Shown piece after piece: positions 39,968 through 51,377 of a stretch of DNA of 64,000 nt (position 1 is its first letter; each line of letters begins with the position of its first letter). A model generated the notes under the pieces. The model made no database searches. It saw only the letters and a program-made list of their open reading frames with translations, and was not told the DNA's origin. This DNA is from an uncultured Gemmatimonadales bacterium (GTDB taxonomy: Bacteria > Gemmatimonadota > Gemmatimonadetes > Gemmatimonadales > GWC2-71-9). The stretch is taken from NCBI GenBank assembly GCA_963844035.1, contig CAWJMT010000037.1, positions 64,001 to 128,000 of the forward strand, in the 5' to 3' direction. Made by a program: the position numbers and the translations under genes.

Positions 39968-42661
39968 ATGAACGAGCGCCCCAGTCCCGAGGCCATGCTC
40001 AAGCGCGTGCGCGAAGAGGAAGCGCGCGCGAGCCGCGGGAAGCTGAAGATCTTCTTCGGCGCATCGCCCGGCGTCGGCAAGACCTACGCGATGCTGGAGG
40101 ACGCCCGGGCCAAGCGGCGCGCGGGCGTCGATGTCGTCGTCGGAGTCGTGGAGACGCACGGGCGCGCCGAGACGACGGCGCTCGTGGAGGGTCTCGAGGT
40201 CCTGCCCCGCCACTCGATCGAGTATCGCGGCATCACCCTGCAAGAGTTCGACCTCGACGCCGCGCTCGCCCGCCACCCGTCCCTCATCCTGGTGGACGAG
40301 CTGGCGCACACCAACGCCCCGGGCTCGCGCCACGCGCGCCGCTGGCAGGACGTCGAGGAGCTGCTCGCCGCCGGGATCAACGTCTCGACCACGCTGAACG
40401 TTCAGCACCTGGAGAGTCTCAACGACGTGGTCGCCCAGATCACCGGCGTCCAGGTGCGCGAGACGGTGCCCGATGCGCTGCTCGACGAGGCGGACGAGGT
40501 CGAGCTCGCCGATCTGTCGGCGGAAGATCTTCTGAAGCGCCTGCAGGAAGGCAAGGTCTACGTCCCCGACCAGGCCGCCCGCGCCATCCAGGAGTTCTTC
40601 CGCAAGGGCAACCTCATCGCCCTGCGCGAGCTCGCGTTGCGCCGCACTGCGCAACGGGTGGACGCGCAGATGCGCGGCTACATGCAGGAGCACGGGATCC
40701 GCGAGACCTGGCCCGCCGGGGAGCGGCTGCTCGTGTGTATCGGACCCAATCCCGCCGGCGCCCGCCTGGTGCGCGCGGGCAAGCGCATGGCGACGAGCCT
40801 CAAGTGCGATTGGGTCGTCCTCTACATCGAGGCCCCGGGCCAGCGGATCTCGGCGAGCGACCGCGACCATCTGGTGCAGAATCTGCAGCTCGCCCAGGAG
40901 CTCGGCGCGCAGACGGTCACGATCTCAGGGCTGAACGCCGCGGAGGAGGTGCTGGCGTATGCCCGCGCCCACAACGCCACGAAGATCGTGGTCGGGAAGC
41001 CGACCCATCCTCGCTGGCGCGACAAGGTGTTCGGGTCGATGCTCGACCAGCTCGTGCGGGGCTCGGGCGACGTGGACGTGTACGTCATCACCGGCGATGT
41101 GGAAGATGAGCGGGTGCGGCGGCTGCCACTCACGTTACGCCCAACGCCCGCCGCAGAGTACGTCCGGGCGGGGTTGGTCCCGGCGTTCTGCGCGCTCGTG
41201 GGCTTCGCGCTGTATCCGTACTTGTCCCTCACCGATGTCGCGATGGTGTTCCTGCTGGGCGTGGCGCTGGTGGCGTCCCGGTACGGACGCAGGCCCACGT
41301 TCTTCGCCTCGATTCTGTCCATCGCCCTGTTCGATTTCTGCTTCGTGCCGCCGCGCTTCACCTTTGCCGTCTCCGACGTCAACTACCTGCTCACCTTCCT
41401 GGTCATGCTCACGATCGCGATGATCATGAGCACCTTGACCCTGCGGATCCGGGCGCAGGCGGAGACGGCGCGGGAGCGGGAGCGGAGCACGGGCGCGTTG
41501 TACGGCATGAGCCGCGAGCTGGCGGCGATCCGCGATGAGCGGGACATCGTGGTCGCGGCCGTGCGGCACGTGCGAGACACGTTCGGTGCCCCGGCGCAGA
41601 TTCTCCTGCCCGATGAAGCACGGCGCCTGCAGGTCCCGATCGGCACGTCCGCAGCCTACCCGATCGACGAAAAGGAGCTCAGCGTCGCGATGTGGGTCCT
41701 CGTGCAGGGCCGCATCGCCGGCGCCGGCACGGACACCTTGCCGGCCGCTCAGGGCCTGTACGTGCCGCTCGTCGCATCAAGCGGAACGGTTGGAGTGCTC
41801 GGCGTGCGGCCGGACGATCCCAAACGGTTCCAGGACCCCGCGGTGCAGCAGCTGCTCGAGACCTTCGCCGCGCAGGCCGCGGTCGCGCTGGAGCGCGCGA
41901 TGCTGGCTGCGCGGACGCAACGGGAGCAAGTGGAAATCGAAGCCGAACGGCTGCGCACGTCGCTCCTCAGCTCGCTCTCGCACGACCTGCGCACTCCCCT
42001 CGGCGTCATCACCGGCGCGGCGAGCAGCCTGCTCGAAGATCGGGCAAACGTTCCCGAGGCGACCCGCCGCACGCTACTCGAGTCGATTCTAGGGGAGTCG
42101 CAACGCATGAACCGCCTGATCGGAAATCTGCTCGACATGATCCGGGTGGAGAGCGGCGCGCTCCAGGTGCAGAAGGAATGGCAGCCACTCGAGGAGCCGG
42201 TCGGGGTGGCGCTGATCCGCCTGGAAGATCGTCTGCGAGATCATCCCGTGACGGTGAACCTGCCTGCCGACCTCCCGCTCGTGCCGCTCGATGAGGTTCT
42301 GATCGAGCAGGTGCTGATCAACCTGCTCGAGAACGCGGCCAAGTACACGCCCGCCGGCACGCCGGTCGAGCTCTCGGCCGAAGCGCTCGACGGCCTCGTG
42401 CGGGTGGACATCGCCGACCGCGGACCCGGGCTCGAGCCGGGAGAGGAAGCCCGGATCTTCGAAAAGTTCTACCGGGCTCCAAGCGGCACGGCGACGAGTG
42501 GGGTCGGACTCGGGTTGACGATCTGTCGCGGGATCGTCACGGCGCATGGCGGGAAGATCTGGGCGGAGAACCGCCCCGGGGGCGGCGCGGTGTTCCGGTT
42601 CACGCTGCCCCTGTCCGGACCGCCGCGCTCGGCTGTCCCAACTGAAGTGGAGGGAGTATGA
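39968..42661 (+). CDS. kdpD: Sensor histidine kinase KdpD
   Basis: GASPGVGKTYAML, VDELAHTN, USP, DUF4118 TMs, GAF, SHDLRTPL, HATPase. Confidence 0.97.
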   Translation: MNERPSPEAMLKRVREEEARASRGKLKIFFGASPGVGKTYAMLEDARAKRRAGVDVVVGVVETHGRAETTALVEGLEVLPRHSIEYRGITLQEFDLDAALARHPSLILVDELAHTNAPGSRHARRWQDVEELLAAGINVSTTLNVQHLESLNDVVAQITGVQVRETVPDALLDEADEVELADLSAEDLLKRLQEGKVYVPDQAARAIQEFFRKGNLIALRELALRRTAQRVDAQMRGYMQEHGIRETWPAGERLLVCIGPNPAGARLVRAGKRMATSLKCDWVVLYIEAPGQRISASDRDHLVQNLQLAQELGAQTVTISGLNAAEEVLAYARAHNATKIVVGKPTHPRWRDKVFGSMLDQLVRGSGDVDVYVITGDVEDERVRRLPLTLRPTPAAEYVRAGLVPAFCALVGFALYPYLSLTDVAMVFLLGVALVASRYGRRPTFFASILSIALFDFCFVPPRFTFAVSDVNYLLTFLVMLTIAMIMSTLTLRIRAQAETARERERSTGALYGMSRELAAIRDERDIVVAAVRHVRDTFGAPAQILLPDEARRLQVPIGTSAAYPIDEKELSVAMWVLVQGRIAGAGTDTLPAAQGLYVPLVASSGTVGVLGVRPDDPKRFQDPAVQQLLETFAAQAAVALERAMLAARTQREQVEIEAERLRTSLLSSLSHDLRTPLGVITGAASSLLEDRANVPEATRRTLLESILGESQRMNRLIGNLLDMIRVESGALQVQKEWQPLEEPVGVALIRLEDRLRDHPVTVNLPADLPLVPLDEVLIEQVLINLLENAAKYTPAGTPVELSAEALDGLVRVDIADRGPGLEPGEEARIFEKFYRAPSGTATSGVGLGLTICRGIVTAHGGKIWAENRPGGGAVFRFTLPLSGPPRSAVPTEVEGV

Positions 42662-43434
42662 AGAACTACGTTCTCGCAAGCGTAGTGATGGGGGCGTGCA
42701 CGGTCGTCGGCACCCTGCTCATGGACGTGCTCTCGCTCACCGACATCGCCATGCTGCATCTGATCGGCGTCGGTGTCGTCGCGGCGCGGGCGACCCGGCG
42801 GCAGGCGGCGTTCGCCGCCATCCTGTCGGTGGCACTGTTCGACTTCTTCTTCGTGCCCCCCAGGTTCACCTTTACGGTATCCGATCTCCACTACGTCGGG
42901 ACATTCGGGGTGATGCTCGTGACCGCACTGGTGATCAGCTGGCTCGCCGAGCGCGTCCGCACGGAAGCCGCCGCCTCGCGGGAGCGGGAGCGGGGGACGG
43001 CAGCGTTGTATCCCATGAGCGAAGACCTGCTGAGTGCTGAGACGCTGAGCGACGTGGTCGGGATCATCGCCCGCCACGTGCGCGGCGCCTTCGGGGCCGA
43101 TACGCGGGTGCTGTTGCGGGAGCCCGGCGGTCGCCTTGCGCCCGCCGGTGGCCCGCCCGAGGCCGAGCAGCCGGACGGCGACCTGGCCCAGCTGGCGTTC
43201 CAGACGTGGGAGGCGGTCGGCGTAGGAACCACGCAATTCCCCAAGGCCAAGAATCTCTATCTGCCGCTCGTTGGCTCACACGGACGGCTCGGCGTGCTCG
43301 AGCTGCATCCCGACGATCCCGAGCGCTTCGCCGAGCCGGCGGTGCGCTGGCTGTTGCAGACCTTCGCCGCTCGGGCGGGGCTGGCGCTCGAGCGAGTGCT
43401 GCCGGACGTATCCGCGGCGCCGCGCGAGGCGTAG
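42658..43434 (+). CDS. Kinase-less KdpD paralog (DUF4118 TM + GAF only)
   Basis: ATGA overlap with kdpD; ALFDFFFVPPRFTF; LYLPLVGSHGRLGVL; ends just after ALER. Confidence 0.85.
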   Translation: MKNYVLASVVMGACTVVGTLLMDVLSLTDIAMLHLIGVGVVAARATRRQAAFAAILSVALFDFFFVPPRFTFTVSDLHYVGTFGVMLVTALVISWLAERVRTEAAASRERERGTAALYPMSEDLLSAETLSDVVGIIARHVRGAFGADTRVLLREPGGRLAPAGGPPEAEQPDGDLAQLAFQTWEAVGVGTTQFPKAKNLYLPLVGSHGRLGVLELHPDDPERFAEPAVRWLLQTFAARAGLALERVLPDVSAAPREA

Positions 43435-43462
43435 GTTCTGTCCCTCCGAATCCTTGGAAGAC

Positions 43463-44161
43463 ATGGCCGAGCCGCTGCCGGTGGTGCTCGTCGTCGAGGA
43501 CGAACCCGAGATGCGTCGTTTTCTCACGACGGCGCTCGAGAGCCACGACTGCCGCCCGGTTGAGGCCGCCACCGCGCGCGAGGGGCTCGCGCAGGCGAGC
43601 GGCCGCAACCCCGACGTGATCCTCCTCGATCTTGGCCTCCCTGACGGCGACGGCATCGATGTGACCCGCACCATTCGGGGGTGGTCGCGCGTGCCCATCA
43701 TCGTCCTCTCGGCGCGAGGACGGGAGCAGGACAAGATCGCCGCGCTCGATGCCGGTGCCGACGACTATCTGACGAAGCCGTTCGGCGTGGGGGAGCTCAT
43801 GGCGCGCCTGCGGGTCGCCTTGCGACATGCCGCTCAGCCGGAGTCGGCGCAGGCCGCAGCCGTCTTCACCGCTGGCGACCTGCGCGTCGACCTCGGCCGG
43901 CGCCAGGTGTGGGTGCGAGACGCCGAGGTTCACCTGACACCGCTGCAGTACAAGCTGCTTGCCGCCCTGGTGCGCCACGCGGGACAGGTGCTTTCCCACC
44001 GGCGCTTGCTGAGCGAAGTGTGGGGCCCGAACGTCACCGAGCATACGCACTACCTCCGGGTCTACATGGCGCAGCTGCGACACAAGCTCGAGCGCGACCC
44101 CGCGCGGCCGCGGCTGCTGCTCACCGAGTCGGGGGTGGGGTATCGGCTCAAGGTCGACTGA
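43463..44161 (+). CDS. kdpE: Response regulator KdpE
   Basis: VVEDE, LDLGLPDGDG, DKIAALDAGADDYLTKPF, HYLRVYMAQLRHKLE, TESGVGYR. Confidence 0.96.
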   Translation: MAEPLPVVLVVEDEPEMRRFLTTALESHDCRPVEAATAREGLAQASGRNPDVILLDLGLPDGDGIDVTRTIRGWSRVPIIVLSARGREQDKIAALDAGADDYLTKPFGVGELMARLRVALRHAAQPESAQAAAVFTAGDLRVDLGRRQVWVRDAEVHLTPLQYKLLAALVRHAGQVLSHRRLLSEVWGPNVTEHTHYLRVYMAQLRHKLERDPARPRLLLTESGVGYRLKVD

Positions 44162-44211
44162 GCCGGCGGGCGGGACGTGGCGACCCCGGCCTGATGCCCG
44201 TAGGTTCGCGC

Positions 44212-45564
44212 ATGCCTAAACTGGCGTTCCCTCACCCCCTCACATTGCTCGTGGTCTGCACGGTGCTCGCCGCGGCGGCGAGCTACGTGGTGCCGGCCGG
44301 CGAATACGAGCGGCGCGAAGATCCCGCGACGGGACGGCAGGTGGCGGTCGCCGCGACCTACCATCGCGTACCCCAAACGCCCGTCGGACTGTTCGCAGCG
44401 GTGATCGCGATTCCGCGCGGGATGGCGGACGCCGCCGCGGTGATCTTCTTCGTCTTCCTGGTCGGCGGGGCCTTCGCCGTCGTGGACCGCACCGGCGCGT
44501 TGCGCTGGGGCGTGGACCGGCTGGCGCGCGCCCTCGCGCGCCGCGACACGCTGGTGATTCCCATCTCCTGCCTCGCATTTGCCACGGGCGGCGCGCTCGA
44601 GCACATGTCGGAGGAGCTCATCGCCTTGATCCCGGTGATCCTCGTCCTCACCCGCAGCCTCGGCATGGACGCGGTGACGGCGGTGGCGATGAGCCTCGGT
44701 GCGGCGTCGGTCGGCGCCGCCTTCAGTCCCATCGACCCCTTCCTGGTGGGCATCGCTCAGAAGGTGGCGGGTCTCCCGCTGCTCTCAGGCGGGCTGTTCC
44801 GCACCGCGTTCCTGGCGCTGGCGCTCGGCCTGTGGATCTGGGGAACGATGCGCCACGCGGCGCGCACCCGCACCGCGCCGCCGGCGGCGCGCGACACCAG
44901 CGTCGCGCCGTCGGCAGATCTCGGCTCCCGCCATGGGTTCGTGCTGCTGCTCGTCGTCGTCACGTTTGCTGGGTTCGTGTACGGCGTGTTGCGGCTCGGG
45001 TGGGACTTCGAGCATATGGCGGCGCTCTTTTTCGTCATGGGCGTCGTGGCGGGCTTGATCGGCGGGCTGCGCGTCACCGGCACCGCCGCGGCGTTCGCGG
45101 ATGGGTTCAGCTCGATGGCGTCCGCCGCGCTGCTGATCGGGTTTGCGCGCGCGATCTTCGTGGTCCTGAACGACGGGCACATCGTGGACACGATCGTGCA
45201 CGCGTTGTTCACGCCGCTCGGCGACCTGCCCGTCACACTCTCGGCGTTGGGCATGATGGTGGCGCAGACCGCCGTGCACGTTCCGGTGCCGAGCACCAGC
45301 GGGCAGGCGGTCTTGACGATGCCGGTGCTGATCCCGTTGTCTGATCTGTTGGGTCTGTCGCGCCAGGTGACCGTGCTTGCTTTCCACTACGGAGCCGGGT
45401 TGTGCGAGCTCCTGACCCCGACCAACGGCGCGCTGATGGCGGTGCTCGCGGTGGCGGGCGTGAAGTACGAGGACTGGTTTCGGTTCCTGATGCCGCTGTA
45501 CATGCTGCTGTTTGGCTTGGGTGCCGTGGCGGTTGCCGTGGGAATCGCGGTCGGGCTGTCGTAG
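44212..45564 (+). CDS. YfcC/DcuC-like ion transporter superfamily protein
   Basis: FPHP, PAGEYERR, FFVFLVGGAF, PF.VGIAQ, VPSTSGQAVLTMP, LTPTNG; start may be 44194. Confidence 0.85.
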   Translation: MPKLAFPHPLTLLVVCTVLAAAASYVVPAGEYERREDPATGRQVAVAATYHRVPQTPVGLFAAVIAIPRGMADAAAVIFFVFLVGGAFAVVDRTGALRWGVDRLARALARRDTLVIPISCLAFATGGALEHMSEELIALIPVILVLTRSLGMDAVTAVAMSLGAASVGAAFSPIDPFLVGIAQKVAGLPLLSGGLFRTAFLALALGLWIWGTMRHAARTRTAPPAARDTSVAPSADLGSRHGFVLLLVVVTFAGFVYGVLRLGWDFEHMAALFFVMGVVAGLIGGLRVTGTAAAFADGFSSMASAALLIGFARAIFVVLNDGHIVDTIVHALFTPLGDLPVTLSALGMMVAQTAVHVPVPSTSGQAVLTMPVLIPLSDLLGLSRQVTVLAFHYGAGLCELLTPTNGALMAVLAVAGVKYEDWFRFLMPLYMLLFGLGAVAVAVGIAVGLS

Positions 45565-45591
45565 ACCGCAATCCTCGAACCGGGAGGACGA

Positions 45592-47174
45592 ATGAAACGC
45601 AGAGACTTCCTCACGACCGGTGCGATGGTGAGCGCTGCGCTCGCAGCGACCCCCTCGCGGCGGGGACGAGCGGCCCCGCGCCCCGCGTCGGCGCCTGCCG
45701 CCCGACTTCGAGCTCGACGAGCTGACGATCGCCGAGCTGCAACAGGGGATGCGGGCGGGGAAGTACACCTCCCGGAGCCTGTGTGAGCAGTATCTCGCGC
45801 GCATCGACGCGCTCGACGCCCGAGGTCCCGCGATTCGGGCCGTGCTGGAAACCAATCCCGACGCACTGAGTATCGCGGCCGCGCTCGATGCGGAGCGGCG
45901 GGCCAAGGGCCCGCGCGGACCGCTGCACGGCATTCCGGTGCTCATCAAGGACAACGTCGCCACCGCCGATCGCCTGGCGACCGCCGCCGGCTCGCTGGCG
46001 CTGCTCGGCGCCAAGGCGCCGCGCGACTCGTTCGTCGCCGAACGCCTGCGCGCTGCCGGCGCCGTCATCCTCGGCAAGACAAACATGAGCGAGTGGGCCA
46101 ACTTCCGCTCCACTCGCTCGTCGAGTGGCTGGAGCGGACGCGGCGGCCAGGGGCTCAACCCCTACGCCCTCGACCGGAGTCCCTGCGGATCGAGCTCAGG
46201 CTCTGGGTCGGCGGTGGCTGCGAGCTTTTGCGCAGTGGCGGTGGGCACTGAGACCGACGGTTCGATTGTGTGCCCCTCGGCCGCGCATTCCCTGGTGGGC
46301 ATCAAGCCGACGGTCGGCCTGGTGAGCGGCGCCGGCATCATTCCCATCGCCCACAGCCAGGACACCGCCGGGACCGATGGCGCGGACCGTCGCCGACGCG
46401 AGCGTCTTGCTCGGCGCGCTGGCCGGCGTGGACTACGCGCCCTCCCTCGATCCGCAGGGCCTGCGCGCGGCCCGCATCGGGGTCGCGCGGGCGAAGTTTT
46501 TCGGCTATCACCCGCCGACCGATCGCCTGGTCGAGGACGCGATCGATGCGATGCGTAAACTCGGCGCCGTCATCGTCGACCCGGCGGACATTCCCCACGC
46601 CGGTCGAATACGACGACACCGAGCTCGAAGTCCTGCTCTACGAGTTCAAGGCCGACGTGAACCGCTACCTCGCCGACCTGGGACCCGGACGCACCGGTGC
46701 GGTCCCTGCAGGACGTGATCGCCTTCAACGAGCGGGAGCCGCGCGAGGCGCTCCGGGTGTTCGACCAGGATCTCCTGCTCAAGGCGCAGGACAGGGGGCC
46801 GCTCACGGACGCCGCCTATCGCACGGCGCTGGCCACGGACCAACGCCTCTCCCGCGACGAGGGGCTCGACGTCGTGTTCGCGACGATGAACCTCGACGCG
46901 ATCGTGGCCCCCACGGGCAACCCCCCCTGCGCCATCGACGCCGTGAACGGGGATCATTTTCTCGGTTCGAGCTCGACGCCCGCGGCGGTGGCGGGCTACC
47001 CGAGCATCACGGTCCCGGTGGGCTTCGTGTTCGGACTTCCCGTCGGGCTGTCGTTCATCGGAAAACCGCGCAGCGAGCCCCTGCTTATCAAACTGGCGTT
47101 CGCGCTGGAGCAGGCGACCAAGGCCCGCCGGCCGCCCAGGTTTCTGCCGACGCGCCGATCTGGCGGGGGCGTGA
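45592..47174 (+). CDS. Amidase-signature family protein with Tat signal (several frameshifts)
   Basis: MKRRDFL; GPLHGIPVLIKDN; GSSSGS; GTETDGSI; AGYPSITVP; probable stop 47172-47174. Confidence 0.9.
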
Positions 47175-47242
47175 CTCGAGACACGAACGGCCGGGGCTAC
47201 CGCGCCCCGGCCGTTCGCCGCTCACAACGCTGCTGTGTTCGG

Positions 47243-48669
47243 CTAGAAGGTGAAGGTCTCCGCGCGCCGCGTTCCCGGGGCGTTCACGTCGTCCCCACCC
47301 GCCACCAGCACGTGGTAGGACCCGTTGCCGCGCCACATAGCCCGTGGTCGCCTGGTTGAAGAGGTTGCAGGAGCACAGCGCGTTGAGGGAGGTGGCGGGA
47401 GCGGCGGTCGTAAACGTGCCGGCGGTGCCGTCCTCGTTGATCGCGGCGTATTCCGACTCGCTCGTGTGGGTCGACGCGCCGGTGTACAGCCCACCGATGA
47501 CCAGCGCATTCCCCGCTGAAAACACGGCGGTGGTCGCCGCGCGGGCGTGCCCGAGCCCGGTCGTTGGCGACCAGGGGGTCGCGATGTCACGGGTGCTGGG
47601 GTTGAGCTTGGCGACGTACACCGTGCTCTGCGAGCTGCTGGGACCGGTGTCGTTGGGTGCGATCGCGCTGCCGTCACCGCCCACTACGTAGAGGTACAGT
47701 CCCAACACGTCGAATCCGAAGCGGGCCCGCCCGCCGGGGAGCGGCTCCCTGCACTTTCCAGGGCCCGTTCAGCGCGCCATCCACCTGAATCGGCAAGCGA
47801 TAGGTGGCCATGACAGGGTTGTTGCTGGCACCTGCCCCCCCAACCACATACATCGAGCCGTACTGAACGGCGGCGCCGAGGGAGCGCAGCGGTGCGGGCA
47901 GGGCAGTGATGGACGTCCAGTTGCCGAGGATCCCGGTATTGGCGATCGGCGCGCGATAGATCGTGGTGACAGGCGCGCCGCCGGCGCTGGTGGAGCCGCC
48001 CAGCACGTACAAGAACCCGAAGGTGAGGATTGCGGAATTCCACTGAGTGACGGCCACGACTGCGGGGAACGCGAGCGCAGTGGGGAGTGGCGTCGTCGCC
48101 GTCCACGCCCCGAGTGTGCCGGTGGTGCCCACTGGCGAGTAGTACACGGTGTTCACCGGCGCTCCGCCGGCCGCGCCGCCGCCCACGACATAGACGAAGC
48201 CGTTCGCACCGATTTTCGCGTACGCCGCCGCGGCTCCACTGATGCCCTCGGGAAGAGCGGGACCTGCCGTCCATGTGACCGCGGACGGAGTGAAGGGTTG
48301 GGCCGGTGTCAGGGTGAAGGTCCGCTGGCCGCTCGAGATGCTGCTATTTCCGTTAATCACGCTTATGAAGTAGTCACCGGGCGTCACCGTCGGCGCGACG
48401 ATCGTAATCGCAGCCGCAGTCCAGCTCAACACCGTCGGGTTGATGCCGACGCCGCCCGTTTGTGGGACGAAGTTTACCCGGCCGGCCCCCTGGGTTTCAC
48501 CGAATCCTGCGCCCGCGAGCACCACCACGCTTCCCACCGCGCCCATGGGCGTGGTCGCCCCATTCACGTTGGAAAGCACGGGCTGCGTCTGCGGCAAGAT
48601 GTTCCCGAAGCTGCAGGCGGTGAGCGCGATGCACAGCGCGAGCGACAGGGTCCGAATTGCAAGTCGCAT
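47243..48669 (-). CDS. IPT/TIG + Kelch-repeat lipoprotein (frameshifts ~47720-47750, ~47335)
   Basis: Lipobox LTAC; G.GFG...SWT...I TIG motif; repeated YVVGG...W...T.LP Kelch units. Confidence 0.75.
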
Positions 48670-48850
48670 GACAGACTCCCAAAAAGGGTCGAAGATGCAC
48701 TTTAAGATAGCAGGGACAAATAGCGCCTCAGTACGTACACCACAGAGGTTCGGAGGTCACACCCCCCCCACCGCACTCGGGCCAGGGGCTACCAGTCCCG
48801 GGCACGGTCGCGCTATGCTTCGCGCGATTATCGTCCCCACGACGGGAGCA

Positions 48851-50412
48851 ATGCGCTGATACGAACTTCGCTGCTCGGGCCCACCCGCCACTTGCTGGTT
48901 CTCGGGGCGCTGGCCACGTCTGCCGGAGCGCAGGCCCGTGTCCCGCCGCGTTTCGACGCCGACGTCACCCGGGCGCTACGCGCGTTCCAGATTCCCGGTA
49001 CGGCGATCGTCGTCGTGAAGGACGGGAAGGTTGTCCTCGCCAAGGGCTACGGGGTGCAGCGGGTGGGCGATCGCACACCGAGCGATCCGCACACCCTCTT
49101 CCAGATCGCCTCCATGACCAAGGCCTTCACGGCGGCCTCCTTGGCGATGCTCGTGGACTCTGGGAAAATCGGGTGGGACGACCCGGTCATCCGCTATCTC
49201 CCCGACTTCCAGATGTTCGACCCCTGGGTGACGCGGGAGATCACCATTCGCGATCTCCTGACCCATCGCAGCGGGCTCGGGCTCGGCGCGGGCGACCTGC
49301 TCTGGCTGCACTCGGACTACAGCCGTAAAGAGATCATCTACCGCATGCGCGCGGCCCGGCCGGTGTCGAGTTTTCGGAGTCAGTACGCCTACGACAATGT
49401 GCTGTATGCCGTGGCTGGGGAGATCATCCCGGCCGTGACCGGGCTGAGCTGGGAAGAGTTCGTGCGCCAGCGGATTTTCGCGCCCTTAGGGATGACCCAG
49501 TCCAGAACCGGTGTGGCCGCCCTCGCGGCCGGCGACCGGCTCGCCGCGGCGCACGGCGTATCGGGCGGCGCGATCCGCGTCATCCCGATCGACACCGTCG
49601 ACAACATCGGTCCGGCCGCTTCGATCATCTCGAGCGCGTCCGATCTCGCCAAGTGGGTGATCGCCCAGCTCGATTCCGGGCGGATGGGGAGCACGCGCCT
49701 GTGGAGTGCCCGGCAGACGCGCGAGATGTGGTCTCCACAAACGATCATGCCCATTTCCGATCCGGGGTCTGCGCTCGCCGCCACGCGGCCCAACTTCGCG
49801 GCGTATGGGCTCGGGTGGCGGGTGCGCGACTACCGCGGCCGCAAGCTGGTGTGGCACACCGGTGGCCTGGCCGGCATGACGTCGAAGACGACCCTCGTTC
49901 CTGAGCTGCGGCTCGGCATCATCATGCTCACGAACGGCGAGAGCTCGATGTACGAGGCGCTCACCTACGGCTTGCTCGACCATTTCTTCGGCGCTCCCTC
50001 CAAGGACTGGATCGCGGCGTACCAGGCGGCGGCGCGGCAGGACCAGGCCAGCGCCGACTCCGAAATGGCGGCGCTGCGGCGCTCCCGCGATACCACGGCC
50101 CGTCCGTCGCTCCCGCTCGCGCGCTACGCGGGCCGCTACACCGACGCACTCTACGGCGACGCCACGATCACGCTGGAAAACAACGCCCTGGTGTTGCGGT
50201 TCACGCGCTCGCCCGCGTTCGTCGGGGATCTCGTCTATTGGGGCTACGAAACGTTTCGCACCAATTGGCGCACCCCCAACCTCGCCGACGCGTTCGTCAC
50301 CTTCACCCTCAAGCCGGGCGGGACGGTGGAGCAATTCACCATGGACGCCGTATCGCCGCAGGCGGACTTCAGCTACGACTATCAGGATCTGAGATTCGTC
50401 CCCACGCGATGA
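48851..50412 (+). CDS. Serine hydrolase (beta-lactamase family) with DUF3471 C-terminus
   Basis: IASMTK, LLTHRSG, YAYDN, HTGG; GGAG-preceded ATG 48851 is out of frame, in-frame TTG at 48892. Confidence 0.92.
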
Positions 50413-51377
50413 AAGCGATCCGCGTTCACTCGCACGGTGCCCCCGAAGTCCTCACGTACGAAGATGTCCCACAGCCGGTGCCGGGTCCGCTCGAGGCCCT
50501 CGTGAAGCTCGAGGCGGCCGGCGTGAACTTCATCGACGTGTATCACCGCACCGGGCGCTATCCCACGTCGCTCCCGTACACGATCGGCCAGGAGGGTGCC
50601 GGGACGGTGGTCGCGGTGGGCGCCGAGGCGCGCGGCGTGCGCACCGGTGACCGGGTCGCCTATACGGGCGTGCAGGGCGCCTACGCAGAGTATGCGGCCG
50701 TTCCCGCCGAACGGCTGATCGCGATCCCCGACGGGGTGAGCACGCGGCAGGGAGCGGCCGCAATGCTGCAAGGGATGACCGCTCACTACCTCGCCTGCAC
50801 GACCTATCCCCTCAAAGCGGGCGACACCTGCCTGGTGCATGCCGCGGCGGGGGGCGTCGGCTTGTTGCTGTGCCAGGTTGCCAAGCTGCGGGGCGCGCGG
50901 GTGCTCGGTACGGTCTCGACCGAGGCCAAGGCGCGCCTCGCGCGTGAGGCCGGTGCCGACGAAGTGATTTTCTATACCACGAGCGACTTCGAGGAAGCCG
51001 TGAAACGCCTCACCGGAGGCGCGGGGGTTCAGGTGGTTTACGATGCGGTGGGGAAGACCACGTTCACGAAGGGACTGAACTGTCTGGCGCGCCGTGGCAT
51101 GATGGTGCTATACGGTCAGTCGAGCGGGGCCGTCGATCCGGTCGATCCTCAGGTGTTGAACCAGAAGGGTTCGCTCTTCCTCACGCGGCCCAACATCGCG
51201 CACTACGTGGCGACGCGCGAGGAGCTCGAGTTGCGGGCGGGCGAGGTGTTCGCCTGGATCCGCGGGGGGCGGCTCAGGGTGCGCATCGGCCGGGAGTTTC
51301 CCCTTGCCGACGCCGCCGAGGCGCACCGGGAGCTCGAAGGGCGACAGACGACGGGCAAAGTTCTGCTCATTCCGTAG
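50409..51377 (+). CDS. qor: NADPH:quinone oxidoreductase
   Basis: GVNFIDVYHRTG, MLQGMTAHYL, VHAAAGGVG, KGSLFLTRP, TTGKVLL. Confidence 0.9.
   Translation: MKAIRVHSHGAPEVLTYEDVPQPVPGPLEALVKLEAAGVNFIDVYHRTGRYPTSLPYTIGQEGAGTVVAVGAEARGVRTGDRVAYTGVQGAYAEYAAVPAERLIAIPDGVSTRQGAAAMLQGMTAHYLACTTYPLKAGDTCLVHAAAGGVGLLLCQVAKLRGARVLGTVSTEAKARLAREAGADEVIFYTTSDFEEAVKRLTGGAGVQVVYDAVGKTTFTKGLNCLARRGMMVLYGQSSGAVDPVDPQVLNQKGSLFLTRPNIAHYVATREELELRAGEVFAWIRGGRLRVRIGREFPLADAAEAHRELEGRQTTGKVLLIP

Noticed and set aside
43681..44211. N-terminal extension of the YfcC-like transporter (likewise the extended ORFs at 5131, 22468, 32296 and 62398)
   Set aside because: The extensions overlap neighbouring genes or leaders and are low-complexity; downstream starts match the family N-termini.
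48851..48860. ATG-CGC-TGA mini-ORF or second UGA recoding site before the serine hydrolase
   Set aside because: The UGA is not at a Cys-equivalent position, and one missing base would restore a normal signal peptide.
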